Shown: positions 30,740 through 44,040, counted from the first letter of the stretch. The stretch is 64,000 bases of DNA from the human T2T-CHM13v2.0 reference genome, Homo sapiens (GCF_009914755.1 NC_060937.1), one strand, 5' to 3'. Translations and numbers: made by a program. The notes: generated by a model not told the origin, from the sequence alone.

Positions 30740-32120
30740 AAGATATCTACTTTCATTAAAAAAAAATCCCTGTAGTTTTGGTGAAGATATAAATTAAATA
30801 AATAACCCTCCTGGCATGTGTGACATTTCTACTACTTCCTCAGTTTGAACAAGTAATATATCCCATACCATACTCTCTTAAATGAGAAGGCAACAAAGGT
30901 GAGTCTAGTTCTGTTAAGGATGCTCTTCTACAATACATTTTTTCCTAAAGCTCTGAAGAGAAACAGAGAAACAACTTTGCCACCAATAGCTTGGACCTCT
31001 TGATTTTCAAAAACCCTGTCAGGATGTTTTCTTTGTTTTGATTTTGACAGCATAGCATCTGATTTTAATGACAGTCCTTTTTTTTTTTTTTTTTTCGTTG
31101 TCAAATAAATTGTCCTTTTCTTTTGAAGGAGAAAACTGGAGGCTGTTTCTTACACTTTAGATACATCCTTGACAGAGCAATTCTAGAGAAGTTTTTATCA
31201 GGGACAATACTTTTTCCTTCATTCTTGTTACCATCTAAAGTCAGTATTCAATTAAGAAATTTTATCATAATTGTTGTTGCCACAGGGTTGAAGCTAATAT
31301 TTGAGATAGAACACTCTTCTTGAATTACTCTGGGAAACAATAACCTTTGATTATTTCCATTGAGACTGTCAGAAATTATAAATGTAAGAGGACATCGGGC
31401 AGTCTGCACATTCTTTCTTAGAACTTCATGTAAAGTATCAGAATCTCAACAGAACTAATCAGATAAATCTTCAACCAAAATTATGTTCTTATCAGTCCTC
31501 AGATCATTTCCAAGCATTTGTAGCTTGCGATGCTTTGTTGCCCTTAGTAACAACTCTTTGTAAACTGAGATCTAAGACTGTTAGGGAAATATAAGGCAGC
31601 TTGATTCAGGATTAAACATCTTGAAACAATCTTTTTGGAAGTCTGTTAAAACTGGATTAATCAATCCACTCTTGTACTTGAATACCATGCTTCTTTGATA
31701 GTATTTTTATACTAATTGTCTTTCCACATCTAAAAGGACTTGTTATGAATAAAATAGATATACCCTGTTTGGGTTGCCTTTCTAAGACTTGAACTTTTAT
31801 CCGTGTTTCAACTTCAGTTATCTTCTGCACATCAAGTTCATGCAGAGTTTCTGGTTTATATTTATACACCCATGATTCATTTTCAGACAGATATTCTTTT
31901 AAATTTTTTAGAGCTTAAATCTGTTCTAAGGAAGATAACTTTTTTTCTATGTGGAAATCTATTACTTTCTAACATTTTTTTCTTGTATAACATGAGTGAT
32001 TCACACCTAATGGTGTAGTAATAGTGTTCTCACTGTTCTCTGAAAAATCATCACATAATGAGTCTACCCAGTCTTCCGCCTTTGTGGAATGTAAACCAAA
32101 AAGTATCTAAGGAAAGTCTC

Positions 32121-35100
32121 TTTTTAAAAAGTTAAAAAGTTTTTTTTTTATTTCAGTAGGTTTTTGGGAAACAGTTGGTGTTTGCTTACATGAATACGTT
32201 CTTTAATGGTAATTTCTAAGATTGTGGTGCACCCATCATCCGAGCAGTGTACACTGTACCCAATGTGTAGTCTTTTATCCCTCACCTCCCCCCATCCAGT
32301 CCCCTGAGTCCCCAAAATCCAATATATCATTCTTATGCCTTAAACCAAACATATGTTTGCTTTTCCATTCCTGAGTTACTTCACTTAGAATAATAGTCTC
32401 CAGTTCCATCCAGGTTGCTGCAAGTGCCATTATTTTTTTTTTTTTAATGCCTGAGTAGTATTCCATGGTGTATATATGCCACATTTTCTTTATTCACTCA
32501 TTGATTGATGGACATTTGGGCTGGTTACATATTTTTGCAGTTGCGAATTGTGCTGCTATAAACATGCATGTGCAGGTATCTTTTTTGTACAATGACTTCC
32601 TTTCCACTGGGTAGATACCTAGTAGTGGAGTTGCTAGATCAAACAGCAGATTTACTTTTAGTTCTTTAGGGGATCTCCATGCTGTTTTCCATGCCATAGT
32701 AGGTATACCAGTTTACATTCCCACCAACAGTGTAAAAGCATCTATTATTTTTTGATTTTTTTGTTATGGCCATTCTTGCTGGAGTCAGTTGGTATTGCAT
32801 TGTGGTTTTAATTCGCATTTCTCTGATCATTAGTGATGTTGAGCATTTTTCCATAGGCTTTTTGGCTATTTGTATATCTTTGAGAATTGTCTGTTCATGT
32901 CCTTAGCCCACTTTTTGATGGGATTGTTTGTTTTTTTCTTGCTGATTTGTTTGAGTTCTTTGTAGATTCTGGATATAGTCTTTTGTCGGATGTATAGCTT
33001 GTGAAGATTTTCTCCCACTCTGTGGGTTGTCTGCTAACTCTGTGGATTATTTCTTTTGCTGTGCTGAAACTTTTTAGTTTAATTAAGTCCCATCTATTAA
33101 CCCTTGTTTTTATTGCATTTGCTTTTGGGTTCTTGGTCATGAAGTCTTTGCTTAAGCCAATGTCTAGAAGGGTTTTTTTCTCAGTGTTATCTGCTAGAAT
33201 TTTTATGGTTTCAAGTCTTAGATTTAAGACTTCGATTTATCTTGAGCTGATTTCTGTATAAAGTGAGAGATGAGGATCCAGTTCCATTCTTCTACATGTG
33301 GCTTGCCAATTATTCCAACACTATTTGTTGAATAGGATGTCATTTCCCCACTTTACATTTTTGTTTGCTTTCTTGAAGATTAGTTGGCTGTATTTGGCTT
33401 TATTTCTGGGTTTTCTATTCTACTCCAATGATCTGTGTGCCTGTTTTTATACCAGTACCATGCTGTTTTGGTGACTTTATAATATAGTTTGAAATCGGGT
33501 AATGTGAAGTTTCCCAGATTTGTTCTTTTTGCATAGTCTTGCTTTGGCTATGTGGGCTCTCTTTTGGTTCTGTATGAATTTTAGGATTTTTTTTTAAGTT
33601 CTGTGAAGAATGATGGTGGTATTTTGATGGGAATTGCATTGAATTTGTAGATTGCTATTGGCTGTATGGTCATTTTCACAATATTAATTCTACCCAATAT
33701 TCTATATAGTAATATTAATGAATTAATATTAATTCGTGAGCATGGGATGTGTTTCTATTTGTGTCATCTGTGATTTCTTTCAGCAGTGTTTTATAGCTTT
33801 TCTTGTAGACGTCTTTCACCTCCTTGGTTAGGTATACTCCTAAGTGTTTTATATTTTTGCAGCTATTGTGAAAGAAGTTGAGTTCTTGATTTGATTCTCC
33901 GCTTGGTTGCTGTTGGTTTATAGCAGACCTACTGATTTGTGTATATTAATTTTGTATCCTGAAATTTTGCTGAATTCATCTACAGTTCTAGGAGCTTTTT
34001 GGATGAGTCATTAGGGTTTTCTAGGTATATGATCATATCATCAGCAAACAACAACATTTTGACTTCCTCTTCACCAATTTGGATGCCCTTTATTTCTTTC
34101 TCTTGTCTGATTGCTCTGGCTAGGACTTCCAATATTCACTGAATGGAAGTGGTAAAAGTGGGTGTTCTTGTCTCGTTCCAGTTCTCAGGGGGAATGCTTT
34201 CAACTTTTTCTTGTTCAGTATAATGTTGGCTGTGGGTTTGTCATAGATGGTTTTTATTACCTTAAGGTATGTCCCTTCTATGCTGATTTTGCTGTCTTAA
34301 TCATAAAGGGGTGCTGGATTTTGTCAAATGCTTTTTTTGCATCTATTGAGATAATCATGTGATTTTTGTTTTTAATTTTATGTGGTGTATCACATTTATT
34401 GACTTATGTATGTTAAGCCATCCCTGCATCCCTGGTATGACACCCACTTCATCATGGTGGATTATCTTTTTAATATGATGTTGGATTTGTTTAGCTAGTA
34501 TTTTGTTGAGAATTTTTGTCTCTGTGTTTATCAGGGATATTGGTCTGTAGTTTTCTTTTTTTGTTTCGTCCTTCCCTGGTTTTGGTATTAGGGTGATACT
34601 GGCTTCATAGAATGATTTCAGGAGGATTCCCCCTTTCTCTTTCTTTTGGAATCATGTCAGTAGGATTGGTACCAATTCTTCTTTGAATGTCTGATAGAAT
34701 TCAGCTGTGAATCCATCTGGTCCTGGCCTTTTTTTTTGTTTGCAGTTTTTTTCATTACCAATTCAGCCTCTCTTCCTGTTATTGGTCTGTTCAGAGATTC
34801 TTCATCTTCCTGGTTTAATCTAGGAGGCTGTATATTTCCAGGAATTTATCCATCTCCTCTAGGTTTTCTAATTTATACACATAAAGGTGTTCATAGTAGC
34901 CTTGAATAATCTTTTGTATGTCTGTGGTATCAGTAGTAATAGCTCCTGTTGTGTTTCTAGTTGAGCTTATTTGGATCTTCTCTCTTCTCTTCTTTTCTTT
35001 TTTCTTTTTTCTTTTTTTGAGATGGAGTCTTGCTCTGTTGCTCAGGTTGGAGTGCAGTGGCGTGATCTCAGCTCACTGCATCCTCTGCCTCCCATGTTCA

Positions 35101-38100
35101 AGCGATTCATCTGCCTTGGCCTCCTGAGTAGCTGAGTTTACAGGCATGTGCCACTATGCCCGGCTAATTTTTGTTTTTTTAGTAGAGACAGGGTTTCACC
35201 ATGTTGGCCAGGCTGGTCGTGAACTCCTGACCTCAGGTGATCCACCCCTCTTGGCCTCCCAAAGTGCTGAGATTATAGGCGTGAGCCACGGCGAACAGCC
35301 TTCTCTCTTCTTTTCTTGGTTAATCTCACTAATGGTCTATCAGTTTTATTTATCTTTTCAAAGAACCAGCTTTTTGTTTCATTTATGTTTTGTATTTTTT
35401 TTGTTTGTTTCCATTTCATTTAGTTCCACTCTGATGTTCGTTATTTCTTTTCTTCTGAGTTTGGATCTGGATTGTTCTTGTTTTTCCAGTTCCATGAGGT
35501 GTGAACTTACTTAGATTGTCTATTTGTACTCTTTCAGACTTTTTGATGTAGATATTTAATATGATGAACTTTCCTCTTAGTGTTGCTTTTGCTGTATCCC
35601 AGAGGTTTTGATAGGTTGTGTCACTATTATCATTCAGTTCAAAGAAGTTTTTAATTTCCATCTTGATTTCATTTTTGACCCAGTGATCATTCAGGAGCAG
35701 GTTATTTAATTTCCATGTATTTGCATGCTTTTGAGTATTCCTTTTGGAGTTGATTTCTGATTTTATTCCACTGTGGTCTGAGAGAGTACTTGGTATAATT
35801 TCGATTTTCTTAAATTTACTGAAACTTGTTTTGTGTCCTATCATATGGTCCATCTTGAAGAATGTTCCATATGCTGATGAACAGAATGTATATTCTGCAG
35901 TTGTTGGGTAGAATGTTCTGTAAATACCTGTTAAGTCCATTTGTTGTAGGGTATAATTTAAGTCCATTGTTTCTTTGTTGACTTTCTGTCTTGATGATCT
36001 GTCTAATGCTGTCAGTGGAGTATTAAAGTTCTCCACTATTACTGTGTTGCCGTCTATCTCATTTCTTAGGTCCAGTAGTAATTGTTTTATAAATGTGGGG
36101 GCTCCAGTGTTAGGTGCATATATATTTAGAATTGTGATGTTTTCCTTTTGGAGTAGTCCTTTTATCATTATATAATGTCTCTCTTTGTCTTTTTTTAACT
36201 GCTGTTGCTTTGAAGTTTGTTTTGTCTGATACAAGGATAGCTGCTCCTACTCCTACTTTTGGTGTACATTTGCATGGAATGTCTTTTTCAGCCCCTTTAC
36301 CTTAAGTTTATGTTAGTCCTTACATGTTAGGTGAGTCTCCTGAAGACAGCAGAAACTTGGTTGGTAAATTCTTATCTATTCTGCCATTCTGTATCTTTTA
36401 AGTGGAGCACTTAGGCCATTTACATTCAATGATAGTATTGAGATGTGAGATACTGTTCTCTTCATTGCACTATTTGTTGCCTGAATATCTTGGGTTTTTG
36501 TTTTGTTTTGTTTTGTTTTTTCATTGTGTTATTGTTATATAGGGTCCTGTGAACCTTATGCTTTAAGGAGGTTCTATTTTGGTGTATTTTGCGGATTTGT
36601 TTCAAGATTTAGAGCTCCTTTTAGCAGTTCTTGTAGTGCTGGCTTGGTAATGAATGAATTCTCTCAGCATTTGTTTGTCTGGAAAAGGCTGTGTCTTTCC
36701 TTCATTTATGAAACTTAGTTTTACTGGATACAAAATTCATGACTGATAATTGTTTTGTTTAAGGAGGCTAAAATAGGACCTCAACCCCTTGTAGCTTGTA
36801 GGGATTCTGCTGAGAAATCTGCTGTTAATCTGATAAGTTTTCCTTTTACAGGTTACCTGATGCTTTTGCCTCACAGCTCTTAAGATTCTTTCCTTTGTCT
36901 TGGCATTAGATGAGTTGATGACTATGTGCTTAGACGATAATCTTTTTGTGATGAATTTCCCAGTGCTCTTTGTACTTCTTGTATTTGGTTGTCTAGATCT
37001 CTAGCAAGGCTGGAGAAGTTTTCCTTGACTATCCCCTCAAATACGTTTTCCAAACTTTTAGGTTTCTCTTCTTCTTTGGGAACACCAATTATTCTTAGCT
37101 TTGTACGTTTAACATAGTCCCAAACTTCTTGGAGGCTTTGTTCATATTTTTAAATTCTTTTTTCTTTGTCTTTGATGGATTGGGTTAATTCAAAAGCCTT
37201 GTCTTCAGGCTCTGAAGTTCTTTCTTCTGCTTGTTTGATTCTATTGCTGAGACTTTCCAGTGCATTTTGCATTTCTCTGAGTGTGTCCTTGATTTCCAGA
37301 AGTTTTTATTGTTTTTTATTCATATTTATGCTATCTATTTCACTGAAGAATTTTTCTTTCATATCCTGTATCATGTTTTTGATGTCTTTAAGTTGGACTT
37401 CACCCTTCTCTGATGCCTCCTTGATTTGCTTAATAATCTACCTTCTGAATTCTTTTTCTGGCAATGCAGAGCTTTTGTCTTGGTTTGCATCCATTGCTGG
37501 TGAGCTGGTATGATCTTTTGGGGATGTTAAAGAATCTTGTTTTGTCATGTTACCAGAATTTTTCCTGGTTCCTTCCCATTGGGGTAGACTATGTCAGAGG
37601 GAAGATCTGAGATTCAAGAGTTGCTGTTCAGATTCTTTTGTCCCATGGGGTCCTCCCTTTGATGTGGTATTCTCCCTGTTGTCTTATGAATGGGGCTTCC
37701 TGAGAGCTGAACTTTTTTTTTTGACCTTCTGGGTCTAGCCACTCAGTGGAGGTACTGGGCTCCAGACTGGTACTGGGGAGTGTCTGCAGAGTCCTGTGAT
37801 ATGATCCATCTTCAGATCTTGCAGCTGTGGATACCAGCACCTGCTCCGTTGGAGGTAACAGGGGAGTAAAGTGGACTCTGTGAAGGTCTTTGGTTGTGTT
37901 TTTGTTTAGTGTGCTGGTTTTGTGTTGGTTGGCCTACAGCCAGGAGGTGGCACTTTCAAGAGTGCATCAGCTGTGGTCCTATAGGGAGGATGCAAACTTG
38001 CCCTAGGGACACCTGGTTAAGTTTTCAGGTGTCTCAGGTGGTGGACAGGGCCATAGAGCTCCTGAGAGATTACGACCATTGTCTTCAGCTACCAGGGCAG

Positions 38101-38650
38101 GTGGAAAAAGACCACCAGGTGGGAGCAGGGATAGGCATGTCCGAGCTTAGCCTCTCCTTGGGCAGGGCTTGCTGTGGCTGCTGTGGGAGATGAGGGTGTG
38201 GTTCCCAGTCCAATGAAGTTATATTCCCAGGGGGTTTACAGCTGCCTCTACTGAGTCATACAGGTCACCAGGGAAGTCTGGGAAAGCCGGCACTCACAGG
38301 CCTCACCCTGCTCCCACTCGGCCGCAGTCCTGAAGGCCAGTCTCATTCCAACTGTAACTCCCCAACAGCACCGAGTCTATTTCTAGGCAGCTAGTGACTA
38401 GGGCTGAGTACTTGCCCCAGATCATGAGCCTCCCCATTCAGAAAGCAAGCAGACTCACAGTTTTTCGGCATTTTGGGGAGCCTGCAGTGGTGATACAGTT
38501 GCTTTAGAGGGTCTGTGGATTCTCCCGGCTTTCTTAGTATGTTTCTGTGGTAGTTCTTGAAGCAAAAGTTTATGACATGAGTCTCCACATACTGTTCTGT
38601 CTGAGTGGGAGCTGCAAGCTAGTTCTGCCTCCTATTTGCCATGTTAATCC
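32121..38650 (-). mobile_element. Near full-length L1PB-like element
   Basis: 3' end (aaaacctactgaaataaaaaa), ORF2 fragments (35416-36234 endonuclease), ORF1 remnants and 5' end GGATTAACATGGCAAATAGGAGG at 38650. Confidence 0.9.
34990..35300 (-). mobile_element. AluS inside L1PB
   Basis: Reverse Alu flanked by ttctctcttct duplication. Confidence 0.9.
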
Positions 38651-39509
38651 TGAAACAGGTCTCAAACAGTTTAGAAATTTATTTCGTTAGGGTTACAGAT
38701 CATGACTCATGACACAGCCTCAGGATGTCCTGTGAACATGAGCCCAAGGTGGTTTGGTTATAGCATGGTTTTCCATGTTTTAGGGAGACATGAGACATCA
38801 GTCAGTACATGTGAGGCATACAGTGGTTTGGTCTGGAAAGGTGGAATAACTCAAGGGGTGTTGGGGGGTGGCTTATAGGTCATAGGTGGATTCAACTATT
38901 TTCTTAGTGGTTGAAGGAGCTATTATAAGACCTGGAATCAATAGAAAGAAGCGTCTAGGTTAAGGCGTTGTGGAGACCAGCGTTCTTATTATGTAGATGA
39001 TGTCTCATATGCCTCCACCCCCAGAGGCAATAGATGGCAAATATTCCCTATTCAGAGCCTTAGTAGGTGCTAGAGCACTCAGCCAATCTTTTCAGAATCA
39101 GGAAAAGTCCTGGAAGGGGAAGAAGATTCTCTAGAATGTAAATTTCCCCCACAACAGACAGCATTGTAGGGCCATTGCAAAATATGTCAGAGAAACATAT
39201 TTTGAGGTAAAATACTTTGGTTTCTTCCAGGGCTCTGCTGTCATGTGATGCTACACTAGAGTCAGGTTGGAGTTTGGTATCTTGTTTCTGCAAAGAGTCT
39301 GTTCTGTCAGTCTTAGGATCTCTATTTTAATGTTAATGCTGGTCAGTTGTGTGCCTGAACTCCAAAGGGAGGAGAGTATAATGAGGCATGTCTAACCACT
39401 CCTTTCGCATCATGGTCTGAACTAGATTTTCAGGTTCAGTTGGGTCCTCTTGGCCTAAAAGAGGGTCCTTAGTCAGGTAGGGCACTTAGAATTTTATTTT
39501 TAGTTAACA

Positions 39510-40115
39510 GAAAGATGCCTTTGGTCTAAGAAAGTTTTGACATTATAAACTTTAATAGTTCATCTGTAGTATACAACCTGTAGTATATTAAAACATAATT
39601 CATTTCCATTAAAAAGAATGTAATGGTTGATGCCAGATTCCTGAAAGGAGACATCAGAGATAGAAGATACATTCAGGACTATTCCTATCAGACCCGCTAC
39701 TGCCCCACACATTGCACAGAGGATAGTAAACTCAAACTTCATTCAACATAATCTTGTAATCAGTATTGAGCCATACTGAGCATGCATGTCCCTGCTCCAG
39801 GCTGTACCCAAACCACCTTGGGCACATGTTCTCATAGTGCATATTTCTGCACTCTCACCTTTCTCATCTCCAGATGGGATGGGCAGTCTGGAAGGAAGAA
39901 CAGTAAGAGCCCAGGAAGACATGAAGGCAGAGATGGACTCACATCTCTATGACATATATACAACATAGCCATGGTCAAGGTGGCCTTATTCTCCCAGAGC
40001 GGCGTCCCCTCATGGGCAGAGAGGAGCTCAAGCCCTGCTTCAGGTGGAAGGGCAGTTGCCTGGCCCTAGCCAGGATCAATGCTGAGCCCCTCGGAGGTCC
40101 TGCTTCCCAGGGACC
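39510..40115 (-). pseudogene. RAD17P2: RAD17 processed pseudogene, 5' piece (start codon plus 5'UTR)
   Basis: Reverse complement of 39510-39543 reads ATG TCA AAA CTT T CTT AGA CCA AAG GCA TCT TTC (MSK..LRPKAS, cf. RAD17 MSKTFLRPKVSSTK) and joins TCC ACA AAG at 32089 once the LTR is removed. The GC-richer sequence up to about 40115 resembles the recalled RAD17 first exon. Confidence 0.75.
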
Positions 40116-40593
40116 CTGTTTATATTTTATATTTATATTTGGATTTATTTCTAACTTTATTTTTTTTTCTATTCACTCTACTTTTTTCTCTTTTTCTACT
40201 TCATTTGTGGTGAGGGTCTTTTAATGCTAAACTCAATTTTTACCTGAGATATCTTCATTTCATTTTCTTTTTGAATTACAGTTTAGAAATATGATTAATT
40301 TCTAGGTTGATAGTTGTTTTCTTAAAATTCTGAATATACTAGTACATTGTATTTCACTGTGGCAGTTGGGAAATTTGCTCTTCTTTTTTTTTTTCTTTTT
40401 TAGAGACAGGGTCTCACTCTGTTGCCCAGGCTGGGGTGCGGTGTCACGTTCGTGGCTCACTTCAGCCTTGGCCTCCTGGGCTCAAGGAATCCTCTTGCCT
40501 CAGCCTCCTGAGTAGCTGGGAATACAAGCATGCACCACTACACCCAGCTAGTCTTATTTCTTTGTAGAGATGGGGCCTTGCTGTGTTGCCCAG

Positions 40594-41505
40594 TGTAAAC
40601 CAAAAATAAAATCCTAAGGCCCCCCAACCATCTGAATAGACCCCCACCTCTTGGCCAGGGCACTCCAAAGTTAACCTGCAAAATGGGTTCAGGGCATGAC
40701 GAGAAGGGAGGGTAGGACATGCCTTATACCCTCCTCCCTTTTGGAATTTAGGGGAAGCCAACCAGCATTTAACATCAACACAGACCTTAAATTTGATAAG
40801 AAACATTTACAATCTTTATTCTCTGAAGCCTGCTACCTGGCGTCATCTGCATGATAAAATTTGGTCTCCACAACCCCTTATCATAACCCAGACATTCCTT
40901 TCTGTTGATAATAGCTCTTTCAACCAATTGCCAATCAGAATATTTTTAAATCTACATATAACCTGGAAGCCCCCTGCCCCTTCAAGTTGTCCTGCCTTTC
41001 CAGATCGAACCAATATATATCTTACATGTATTTGATTGATGTTTTATGTCTCCCTGAAATGTATAAAACTAGGCTGTGCCCCAACTACCTTGGACACATG
41101 TTCTCAGGATCTCCTGAGGGCTGTGTCATGGGCCACTAGTTACTCATATTTGGCTCAGAATATATCTTTTCAAATATTTTACAGAGGCCGGGTGTGGTGG
41201 CTCACACCTGTAATCCCAGAACTTTGGAAGGCTGAGGCAGGACGATCACTTGAGCCCAGAAGTTCAAGACCAGCCCAGGCAGCATGGCAAGACCCCATCT
41301 CTACAAAAATAAAAAAAATTAACTGGGTGTAGTGGCACGCGCCTGTAGTCCCAGCTACTCAGAGGCTGAGGTGGGCAGGTTGCTTTGAGCCCAGGAGGTT
41401 GAGGATGAGGTGAGCCAAGACCATGTCACTGCACTCCAGCCTGGGCATCAGAGCAAGACCCTGCCTCAAAAAAAAAAAAAAGTGCAGTTTAACTCTTTGT
41501 CAACA
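40594..41505 (+). mobile_element. MER4-family solo LTR (MER4B-like size) containing an AluJ
   Basis: tgtaaaccaaaaataaaatcctaagg ... ctctttgtcaaca; 4-bp flanks CCAG/CTAG. Confidence 0.85.
41186..41481 (+). mobile_element. AluJ inside MER4
   Basis: Dimeric Alu with poly-A. Confidence 0.9.
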
Positions 41506-43192
41506 CTAGGCTGGTCTCAAACTCCTGGACTCAAGCAATCCTCCTGCCTCAGCCTTCCAAAGTGATGGGATTATGGGCATCAGCCACCATAACTGGCCAG
41601 AAATTTGCTGTTCTAATTGTTATTTCTTTATAAGTAACATGTATTTTTTCTCTCTGGAAGCTTTTAAGATCTCTTTGTTTTTGGTGTTGTACTATAGTGT
41701 GTCTAGGAGTGGATTTTGATTTCTTTATTCATCTAGAGACTTGTGCTTCCTGATTTTGAGAATTCATGTCATTAAGTCACTGCAGAAAAATTCTTGGCTG
41801 GTTTGTCTTTAAATGTTGCCTTTCTTCATTCTCTGTTCTTCTCCTGCAACTCCTATTAAAATGTATTTTGGACTTTCTTATTCTATCTTCTGTATCTCAA
41901 CTTCCTTTCTATATTTTACATATTTTGTTTTTCCAGTTCACCTGTTTTCTACTGGGATTCAATATGCTGTTTAACTATTTCATTGTTTTGTTTCTTTTAA
42001 CTTCAGTGACCACATTTTCGAATTTCAAGCAGTTTTTATTGTTCTTCTTAAATCTGCAGTCTGTTTTCATAGTTTATTATCTTATATTTTAAATTCCTTT
42101 TTGTGTCTTCAGATATTTAGACATTTTTAAACATTTTAAACATTTTAATGTTGTCTCTTTCCTAAAACCTTGTTATCTGATTTTAGGAGGTCAAAACCTA
42201 CAGTTTGTTTTGTCTTTTATTGATTTACAGTGGACTAATTCTTCATGATTTATATTTTGATATTGTGTATTCATTTCATGTGATCTTTTTGTCTGGGAAT
42301 TCTCAATAACTTGGTTTAAGGATATGTCTTCAAAGACATTTGTGTTGGCTTTTTCCAGGTACTCAGGCTTGATGGACCAGAAACTAACTTGGGGGTTATT
42401 TTTTTGTCTAGGGGTTTCTAGATTATATAGCTAATATAGATTTAGTCCCCAGATTCATTTGAAGGTAAATCAGTAGTCTTGAATTCCTGGAAGAGACTTT
42501 TGCCCAGGCTATGATGTAGGAGCTTTCTTACGTCCTTCTGTTGAAGGTAGAAGGGTTCTAATTATTCTTTTACTAAATGCGTAGTCTTTAGGGGAGCTGG
42601 ATTTACACAGAACATATTAATGTAAACTCACTGCTCACTTTGGACTACTGGCTTTATCTCCTATTTCTTAACGGGTTTTGAAACTCAGCCATTTAGTTAC
42701 CAAAGCCATCAGCCACCCCTCTTATGCCAGATAAACTCTCAACTTCTACTTGCTGCTCTAATTTTTCATTTCCTCTTTGTTCTTAGCTCTTTTTTACAAA
42801 TTTATGCATTTGTTATCTTATACCTTGCATTTTTGGTTGTTTTGTGGGGATGATTTTTAGGATATCCAATATTCATGTTGCCATTAATAGAAGTTTCCAA
42901 AAAGCACACTAACATGTTCTAATATACTTTTAATGCATTAGTTTTCTACCTTATTTAATATACTAATAATGAAATTTTAAATAGAATTTTTGTTCTCAAC
43001 CAATATCAAACTAAGCATATATGGTATCTTGGCTTTAAAAATTAGAATGACTTATTGAAAATCTGGTGACTAGTCAATTCCATTTTGTTTTAGTTAACTA
43101 GCACACTTTCTGATTAAGCAGTTCTCTCCATTCTCTGCAAAATGAAAAGAAACACAGGATTTTAGTAGAGTAGTATTTTTCCTAAACACAAA

Positions 43193-44040
43193 TACTATGG
43201 ACTGAATTGTATCTCCCCCCCAAAATTTATATGTTGAAGTCCTAACCCCTAGTACCTCAGACTGTGCCTAAGTTTAGAGATTAGATCTCTAAAGAAGTAA
43301 TTAAGGTAAAATGAGGTAATATGGGTGGGCCCTAATCCTGTAGCAGGACAAGCCACAGACAAACCCCTCAGACACCGAGTTAAAGAAGGAAGGGCTTTAT
43401 TCGGCTGGGAGCTTCAGCAAGATTCACGTCTCCAACAACCGAGCTCCCCGAGTGAGCAATTCCTGTCCCTTTTAAGGGCTCACAACTCTAAGGGGGTCTG
43501 CATGAGAGGGTCGTGATCGATTGAGCAAGCAGGAGGTATGTGACTGGGGACTGCATACACCAGTAATTAGAAAGGAACAGAACAGGACAGGGATCTTCAC
43601 AGTGCTTTTTTTATGCAAATAACCGATTAGGTCAGGGGTCGATCTAACTACCAGGCCCAGGGTGTGGTGCAGGGCTGTCTGCTTGCGGATTTCATTTCTG
43701 CCTTTTAGTTTTTACTTCTTTCTTTGGAGGCAGAAATTGGGCATAAGACAGTATGAGGGGTGGTCTCCTCCCTTAATCCAATCTAACTAATATCCTTGTA
43801 AGAAGAGGAAATTTGGACACACAAAGGGACACCAGGGATTCCTGCACAAGGGAAATAGGTAAGGACAAAGCAAGATGGCGGTCTTCCGTAAGCCAAACAG
43901 AAAGGACCCAGAAGAAACCAAACCTGCTGACACCTTGATCTTGGATTTCTAGCTTCAGAACTATGAGAAAACGAATTTATATTGTTTAAGTCACCCAACC
44001 TGTAGTATTTTGTTACGTCATTCCTAGCAAACTAGTTTAA
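43193..44040 (+). mobile_element. MLT1B-like LTR interrupted by LTR2
   Basis: tactatggactgaattgt...gggtgggccctaatcc | atccaatctaact...cctagcaaacta. Confidence 0.82.
43339..43775 (-). mobile_element. LTR2-family (HERV-E/Harlequin) solo LTR
   Basis: - strand starts TAAGGGAGGAGACCACCCCTCATACTGTCTTATGCCC and ends GTCCTGCTACA; perfect 4-bp TSD ATCC; AATAAA present. Confidence 0.88.

Larger units (their letters stand above)
32090..39509 (-). mobile_element. MER4-family solo LTR (about 0.9 kb net; pieces 32090-32120 and 38651-39509) split by L1PB
   Basis: Termini tgtaaaccaaaaagtatct... and ...cttagaattttatttttagttaaca; 4-bp flanks GGAA/GAAA. Confidence 0.82.
40381..41598 (-). mobile_element. AluJ split by a MER4 LTR (pieces 40381-40593 and 41506-41598)
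   Basis: ctgtgttgcccag | LTR | ctaggctggtctcaaactcctgg continues the Alu. Confidence 0.88.

Noticed and set aside
31657-31869. Functional RAD17-like ATPase
   Set aside because: Walker A is decayed (SPFRCGKT), with many stops and frameshifts and multiple insertions; the start codon is separated by 7.4 kb.
32100-32120. Apparent TFLR codons suggesting the RAD17 N-terminus lies here
   Set aside because: This is the MER4 LTR terminus; the better N-terminal match is at 39510-39543 with matching 4-bp LTR flanks.
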